A model generated the notes under the pieces. The model did no database searches. It had not been told where the DNA came from and saw nothing but the letters and a program-made list of their open reading frames with translations. A stretch of DNA of 57,661 nt. It comes from Trichosphaerium sp. ATCC 40318. Taxonomy: Eukaryota; Protista; Tubulinea. The stretch lies in assembly GCA_038496445.1 (NCBI GenBank), contig JALMLS010000499.1, positions 1 to 57,661 of the forward strand, written 5' to 3'. Shown in pieces: positions 49,292 through 57,661 of the stretch. The first letter of the stretch is position 1; every line of letters starts with the position of its first letter. The position numbers and the translations under genes are program-made.

Positions 49292-52044
49292 ATGAGCAAG
49301 CGCAAGTTAGATGACACACAGGGACGCGCCCACCTGCTCAACTCGTCTGATTTTGTTGATGGCAGTAACAATTTGTTACCATCGTTGTACGGCCTTTTGT
49401 TGCCTTTAGTTTTCTCTTAATGCTCTGTTTTCTCTTATTTCTGTTCTTTTATCTGAGACCGTTTCTCTTAAATAATTGTTAGAAATGCTTCAGGAGACCT
49501 ACAAGGTTTTTATTCTCTTGGCTCGAGTGATCCTATAGCGTTTCTGAACTCTGGGGGCGCTATGAACAACTTGCAGCAGAGTAATGATCATTCTGGCCAG
49601 CAACCTCCTCAAGTTGTTCCTGGTCTACCCCCACTCGCCCCCAGAGCTTCAAAACCAACGCAGGGTGTTAGTTTGGCCCCAAAATCAGAACCGTCTCTCG
49701 AGCCACCAAGAAAGATCCAGCGCCTAGAAGCACCTTCAAATGCTCAAGCACAATCTGTGGCAACCCTCACGGTACGTACAGCGTCAAAATAATGTACAAC
49801 GCGTCGTACATGTATTTTTCCTAACAATCGTTTTGTGAACGCACTTTTTTTATTTTTTGGCTTCTGACGAACTCTGTGTAGGGTATTCCACCAAACGCTA
49901 CGGCAAGAGGTCCATCGAATGCTCTCGGTGGTACTGGAATCACCCACAACAACATACAAGACACCGGTATTTCAGCCCTTCAAAAGCTTGCACAAGGCCG
50001 GTACGTAATGAATTTCCCGATAGACGCTTTTGGATCAAAAAAAAGAAATTAAAAAGTGACCGTTGGTTCACCTTGTTTGTTGTTAGAAACTATAGCACTT
50101 ATTATTATGTAGACACTACACCGAAATTAAAGCCATTGAAATGAGCTTGAAGCATATTCGGGCGAACATTATGCGAGGTGACGGAACAGGCGTAGACGCT
50201 TCCTTAAAAACAACAAGGAATCAACTCACTGGCATTTTGGCCGAACTGAAGGTCCGTATTTCGAACGCTTTAAAAAATGACCTCCTTTGACTTTTCTTCC
50301 TAATTCATGAATGTTTGTCATTTTACGTTAAATTAGACCGTTTAACGCTTTTTAGACGCTTGAAACGATGCACTTTCTAGAACCTAAAGACTTTAAAGCT
50401 TTGGAAACCATTCGCGAATTTATCGAGACTTATCTCATTCCTCAATTGACGTTATACCAAGGGGATGTTAAATACATGGTAACGAACCCTCCAGGTCAAA
50501 GGTACACAATCCGGTTGTGATTTTTTTTTTTTTTTTGCTTTTGGCTCGAAGACGTTTTTGTACTTATCTTCGTTACTTTAGACGCGATTCGCCTGTGTTT
50601 TTAGGCTTAACACAAGAGCGCGCTGGTCCTGTCTTTAAGGAAAAACCTATCGGCACATTTTCTCTTCGTTTGTTGACCTCCGCTCGTGTCTCACATATTA
50701 CAACCGTACGTTCTCAATTGTTTTATTTTTTGTATTTCTTTGCTTTCTTGTGCACTCAAATAATATTTTAGGGACATGTCGCACCTGAATTGATTGAAGC
50801 GGCACAACGTATCAAAAGAAACAATCAGGAACTCGAGAATTCCAAACAAGTCTTCAACGAGACTGGTATTGCCGTCTTCAATGAGCTTAAATTCAATGCT
50901 GGTACCTTTCCTAACCTGGTTCGCATGAAGTTCCGCGTTCAAGTTCAGGTACGCTAAACCTTGAATGAGTTTTTTTAGTTCGGCTTGTTTTTTTTTTTTG
51001 ACTTTATTTTAGGTCGTTATTGACGGCGCTACCATCACTAAGAACCTCGAGAGTAACGCTTCTCAACCTTTTATTTCAATGACAAACACTGGATCACAGT
51101 GGAAGGACGCAGCAGGTTCTTGGCTCAAGGACGATGCGTTCAAAGGTAAGCTTTGGTTTTATTCGATTTTCTGAGTGAATAACTTTTTTTGTAGAGAAAT
51201 TTGAAATCACTGTTCCTTGCTTCTGGAATTACTTTCAAAAGCATTACTTGACAGCAACCAAGCAAGAGGTTTCTAACGTAAAGCGTCCTCTTTTCTTGAC
51301 TGATTTTGACTATTTACTCATTTCGAAATTCGGCCTTGGCATAAGTAAGTATAGCAGTACCTTCACTTTGCAACGTTTTATGTGTTAGTTATTAAATGAG
51401 TATTTGTAGAGGATAAGAAGAACATTACTCAACGCGAATTTGAAAAGTTTTGGAACTGGATAGGACCTGGCTTGAAGAAGATCCGTTACCAAAAATACCT
51501 CCTTTGGTTGTTTGAGAATGGGTACTGCTTTGAAATACAAAGTTTTGAAATTTTTTTTCCCATAACTTTTTTCTGTTAATTGTGCTTACCTTCCTCTTTT
51601 AGCTACTTGTGTGCGTTTGTTACAGGTTCTGACGCGGAGAGAGAGCTTGAAGGCCACGAAGCAGGAACTTTTATCATTCGTCTTTCAAAACGTATCGAAG
51701 GCGAGTTTGTTATTAGTTATAAGCTAAAAACAACCGTCCGACACTATTTGATTCAACCTGACGATACTGCTGATAAGAAAAAGACTCTAATCGACTTTTT
51801 GGGTCAGAATCGCTCATTCCTTCATATTCTCCAAATGCGTACATCTGTCGATGGAAAGAAGGTATTCTACAAGCATGATAAAGATGAGGTTCTCGCCAAG
51901 TATTACAAGAAGCCTCCAAAGCAGAAGGCAAAGAACAAGGCCTTACCTCAAAATCCTTACGACGAAAATGTTTGGAGTTTGGATGCTCAACCTGCCGCTC
52001 CTCCAGCAAGACAAGTCCAGAGACGTAAAAAGAAGGTTAATTAG
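49292..52044 (+). CDS. STAT: STAT transcription factor, copy 2 (frame intact)
   Basis: Same as copy 1, with a continuous frame through PPLAPRASKP. Confidence 0.9.
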
Positions 52045-52485
52045 TACCGCTTTTTAAGTCCTTAGCCACTTCGATCATTACCCTTAACCTCCCTCCACCA
52101 TATCCTACCGACAACGTCGTGCGAGTGAGTGATAATTAAGCGCAGTGTTGTATTTTTTGTAAGTTGATAGTAAAAAAATAAAAAAAAATCCAAAAAAATC
52201 AGTCTACCACGTTACCAAGACTTCCTTACATCTCATGAAGTTCGGGTAAGAGTTGTACTTGAATTGTAAACGCTGTAACATATTTGAGATATTAGTCGTA
52301 TTGGTTTGGTCGTGTTTATGTTTTTTTTCATACTTTGCATTATTTGAACTCAGTCATTGTTGACACCCACCATTGTAATCGTATTTAGTACATTGGTTTA
52401 ATGACAACACGTGGTGAAGGTTTACAGCGTCTGAGTTGTTAAGCAAGACAACTTATGCTGTAGAACGATTCTTGTCGTGTAAAGC

Positions 52486-55400
52486 ATGCTGAGGGCTGTA
52501 CGAGCCAAGAGAGGTGCATTTTGTGCTCAATTTAGGCACCAAAAGGCTTGTAGAAACGTAAAACTACGTTTTTGCTCTCAAAGTAGCAAATCTAGCGTCC
52601 TGAGTACGTTGTAATGCGTAAGCGAATATTTTTTTTACGTGTTAAAGAGCTCCAACTTGGTTCTGTTGAATATCCCTTAAAGCCTGGCGCAGTAGAGCAT
52701 ATACCTTCTACACGCCAAAAATCGTGGTATGCTCGATCAATATTGGACAGCAGGGAGACTTTGTCGCATATTGAGTGGATTCTCAAAAAAGACTTGTTAA
52801 AACAAGATGTTATACTACTAGGGTACGCTAAAACAGTTCTGACATGCTAAGGTGAACTGTCAAATGATAAAAAGACCATTTTCTGACTTGTCGTCACAAC
52901 AGACCACCTGGTTCACTTAAGAGGTGGATAGCTATGAGATATTGTGAACTTACAAACAGAGAATGCGAAGTTATATCTATCACAAGGGATACTTCAGAAC
53001 CAGACTTAAAACAAGTAATTTATTTTTGCTTTTTTTTACTTTGAAACTTTGATCAAAATTGTACTTCTGTGGCTTGTGTTGACGCTTCTTTTTTTCCTTG
53101 GTAGCGTAGAGAAATTGTAAATAAGACTGCATCGTTTATAGATTCTGTGGCAGTCCGTGCTGCAATACACGGACGCGTTTTGATCATTATTGGATTGGAA
53201 AAAGCAGAAAGGAATATTTTGCCTATTTTGGTATGTCACGTGATTTTTTTCTTTCATAAACTATTTTAAGAACATCTTATGTATGTGCATTACGGTCTCA
53301 CAAGATAATATGACATAGAATAATCTATTGGAGAACCGTGAGATGCAATTAGAGGATGGTCGTTTCTTAATGAATCCAAAGAATTATGATGAGTTGATCA
53401 AGAAAGGCAATACAAAGGAAGATTTAGATAATTTACAGATTGTTCGTGTTCATGATGACTTTAGAACTATTGCTTTAGCTCTACCGGTATGATTATCACT
53501 ACTTACTATTAATTCTTGGTGTAAAACTCGTATTATTGATGTAAACTACTAGTCTAAATACAAAGGAAATCCCTTGGATCCTCCACTACGATCAAGGTTT
53601 CAAGCTCGTCTTATTCCTCCGATATCATCGAGTACCCAGATTGATATAATTGGGCGTGGCTTAGGTGATGCCAGCGAAGACGTAACGGGAGTAGTAAAGT
53701 TTGCCGAAGTTCTTAGAGAATATCAAGAGTACTCACAAGGTAAGATTTCGTTCTTAGCAAAGTTGGTCACTTAAGACTCTTGTCTCATATTCAATCCATA
53801 GAAAATTACACAGACTTGATTTCTAGTGATCTAGAGTTCCCTGATCAAGGAATAGAGCAAATTTATAAGGTAGGTAAAGTGATATTCAGCGAGTTTAACT
53901 GTTGTTAAAAGCTTGTCGAAAAATTTAAAAACCTGCCATTGCGTTCAGTTGTACAAAACGTATTTCCACTTGAATTAGCAGATGGTGGTGCAAGAAAATC
54001 TGAGAGTGTTGTACGAGATATGATTCGTTCTGTAAGGTCGATGAGTAATATTAAAATGGATAACTTGTTTGACATGGACAAAGCAAAAGTTTCTTCAATG
54101 TTCAAAGATTATCACGTGTCACCGAACGCCAATAGCGATGATGTATATGCTACAAGGGAAATACAAATTTCTATATCTGACCGCCTATTTAAAGTCAACG
54201 TACCTTGCGGACAAGGAAAATCAATTGGCGATGATCAATATGTCGTTACTGATTCATTGAAGCGAGTTATCATGTCTATGCTTATGTCTCATGCTGTTGA
54301 TTCTGATATATGCATAGTACGGATTATTAATTTATTATCAGTGTATGTACATACTTACACTTACATTTGCATTAGGTTGGTCCTAAAGGAAGTGGTAAAA
54401 CGAGGTTGATAATGCATTTTGCTTCTTTACTTGGATATGAGATTGAAACTGTTTTGCTTTACAAAGATATGAACTATCGCGATTTGCTTCAGGTATGTTA
54501 AACTCTACGTTTCATTATCGTAGTCAAGTATTAACGTTGATATAAGCGTCGCATGACACGTGAAAATGGTGATACTTATTGGAAAGATTCAGGTCTTATT
54601 AATGCAGCTATAAATGGTAAACTAGTTTTGTGTTAGTCGATTCTAAGCTAACTGAAATTATAGGAAAAATAGCTGTTCTTGATAACGCTGATCGGCTTGG
54701 TTCAGATGCTATTGCAAGTTTACAACAGCTGTTTTTAGACAGAGAGGTATAATCTCCATTAATTTGAAGAGTTTATTTCTCCTAACGTTATGTTTTGATA
54801 ATAGGTTGTTCTTTGTGATGGCACACGTCTTATTTCTCATCAACATTATCAAGATCTTTTAAAAGAATATACGAAAGAACAATTAAAGGAAAAGAATCTT
54901 GTTCCTATACATCCATCATTTAGGTACATTGTAAAGTTAAAATGGGTAAAAAGTTGAAGTTAAAATAGGATTATTGTTACAGCTAACACAAAATCGAACT
55001 CATCCGAGAATTTCTTCACAAAGGAAGTTCAGACATTGTTCCAATTCCTTACAATAGAAGGGATACCAGGCAACGAAGAAGAGTCAATACTTTCAGTGCA
55101 CGTTCCTAATGCATCGAGGAAAGTAACAAGGACGGTTTCTGATGTGGTAGAAGAAATTAACAACACTGTCGAATTCTCAAAAAGTCCTGTTTCTTTACGG
55201 CAGAAAATACGTGCCTTACGAAAAGTAAGTGCCATATCAGAAGGTGTAAATGATAAGGGTATATACGAAGTACTAAATCAGGCGCTTCTTGTACGATTCT
55301 TACCAGCAACAGCCAAGAAAGTATTACTACGCATTCTTAAAAAATTCTCAATCACCAAATCAGTACGTTTATCATGTGATAGTGCCTTGTTAAAGTAATA

Positions 55401-57661
55401 TAGAGTAAAGAGAGTCTATATGATAATTGTGACTTATCAATGGAACCTTACAAGTCTTCAGAATCGCATCTTGTACCTAAACCGCAGTTCTTTGATATTC
55501 CAGAACATGTTGATATACTAACAGATATGGAACGGGATTTTGCACTTGGTGAACACTTACTTCTCATTGGTAACCAAGGAACAGGAAAGAATAAGCTCAC
55601 AGGTAACTCAAAACTCACTTTAAACAAACCAAATTAAAACAAACATAGATAGATTCCTTGAAAAGTTTTCACTTCCTAGACAGTACATTCAACTGCACAG
55701 AGATACAACTGGTTCGCTATCCAAACCTGCCAACAATTTCGTTTCTAACAAGATCTAGTGGCGTCCTTGACTTGTCAAGCTACTATTGTAGATGGAGCTA
55801 TTACATACGAAGATTCACCACTAGTACGTGCAGTTCGAAATGGTCACATCTTGGTAGTAGGTGCGAAGAATCATGTTCTGTTGTTTTTTGTATAATACTA
55901 ATGCACAAAAAAGACGAAGCAGATAAAGCGGATGTTGAAGTTGTATGTATTCTTAAAAACCTTATTGATGGAGAAATGACATTATCTGATCAAAGGTAAA
56001 GTACTCACCACTCTCGTTCAGTCTCTAATAATAGTAATAGGCGTATCTTATCAAAAGAACGAGCTGCGCTTTCAACAAATGAAAACATAATTGAAATTCA
56101 CCCTGATTTCCGAATGATAGTACTAGCCAACAGGTATTATAATAAATGATTTACTTTTCTACTAATTCGTGAGTATAGACCTGGATGGCCGTTCTTAGGG
56201 AATGACTTTTATAGAGAGTGTGGATCAATGTTTAGCTGGTAATTAACGGACTATTTCAACTTCTTGTGTACTAACCATTACAAAGCCACGCTGTTGATAA
56301 TCCAGGCCAGAGTAGTGAGCTATTGTTGTTAAAGAATTATGGACCAAACGTTCCTGAGATAACATTACAAAAGCTTACATATGTTTTTCAAGATTTACGC
56401 AAATTGCATGAACAGGTAAGCTAGTTAAACAATTTGTTCACGTGCTAACAACACTTAGGGCATGTTATCGTATCCTTATTCAACTAGAGAAGTTGTCAAT
56501 ATTGTGAAACATTTGAACCAATACCCTGATGAGAGTATGGAGATGGCTCTTGAAAACGTTTTCAACTTTGATGCATACAATGCGTACGATAACTTTGCAG
56601 TGATATTTTGCTTATTTTGTTTAACAGCGAAGTTACGAAGCTCATTACTTCTGTACTCAACAAACGCCAGTTCAATCTATCAGGAGATTTTCTTAGCACT
56701 ACACGTGGTGCAGCAGCACGTGCTATAAGGCAAAACTTGGAAATCAAGTACTACAAGAACGGAAAAGAAGTTAGTTCATGTTACAGACTCGTTCTTACGG
56801 TTGAGTAGGTTTCAGCGCCCAAACATGGCAAGGTAGACCCAACTAATGCTCCTCACGTTGGAGGAAATACATGGGCAGGTGGTTCTGGAGGTAGAGATAC
56901 TGCTGGTCTAGGCGGTAAAGGAGGACCATACAGACTTGATTCTGGTAGTTTTTCTTTTGTTCTTTTGGTTTTCAGTTAAATCTTTTCAATCTTTGGCGCT
57001 TAACCAAACTGTGCAGGTAATCCTGTTCATCAAATATCAGATGAAGAAAAGAATAGTGTACCTAAAGAAATACAGGAAGCTGCAAGAAAGATGGGACGTG
57101 AAGCATTGGCTAAGAAATTAAAGGAAATTGAAATGTCTAAGTATGATGCTTCTGTTTATGAGCAATATGCAAAAGATATTAAAGACCAAGTAGCACAATT
57201 ACGTGTCATACTTCAAGGTAAAAACAGAAGTTACAACAGCTCTCTAGAGACAAATTTTTTCCAGCTAAAAACAGGCGAACGCAAAATCTTTTTTCAGTTT
57301 GATCTGTTGGTTTTTAACACGTGATAAAAAAGGATTGGAAGCTAAAAATAGCAATGACCGTGAATGGTTGAAGCATCAGACTACAGGGGATTTAGATGAT
57401 AGTAAGCTTGTTGAAGGGATAACAGGAGAAAAAACTATTTATAAAAGACGTGGAAGTCCTAGCAAGAATCAAGTTGGTTTCGGAAGTAAACCAAAAATAG
57501 CTAAGTTTGTACTCGATATAAGCGCCAGGTACGTATTATATTTTTAAAATAAGGGTGGTAAGGTTTAACATGTGTGTATGTAGTATGTACAGATTCAATG
57601 ATATGATGGTAGACTTGAAGTATGCTCAGAACTTGCAGCATTGGTACAAACCTCATTTTTT
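52486..57661 (+). CDS. VWA8: VWA8 copy 2, truncated by the window end
   Basis: Near-identical to 5297-10466. Confidence 0.92.

Larger units (their letters stand above)
47175..57661 (+). repeat. Direct segmental repeat, copy 2 (runs to the window end)
   Basis: Near-identical to 1-10466. Confidence 0.98.

Overview
AT-rich eukaryotic genomic DNA with many short introns (mostly about 40-60 nt, GT-AG, often with AAG acceptors) and the standard genetic code. The Dictyostelium-type STAT gene suggests an amoebozoan. The first ~10.5 kb (secreted ricin-B lectin, STAT, mitochondrial VWA8) recurs as a near-identical direct repeat at 47175-57661. Between the two copies is a rearranged accessory region dominated by one gene family: an N-terminal ankyrin array with one repeat per phase-1 exon (mostly 99 nt), a helical domain, an optional UBR-like Zn finger, an H-Y-E ADP-ribosyltransferase (PARP-type) domain and a coiled-coil tail. 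There are three full-length copies, two of them forming a tail-to-tail palindrome, plus three decayed catalytic-domain remnants. The paralogues show cassette-like reshuffling of ankyrin units, which makes this a candidate diversifying sensor-effector (innate immune) system. Also present: F-box+PH, LRR and DUF4185-like genes, a Ty3/Gypsy pol remnant and nested non-autonomous DNA transposons. Gene models were spliced by eye and family calls come from motif recognition, not database searches.
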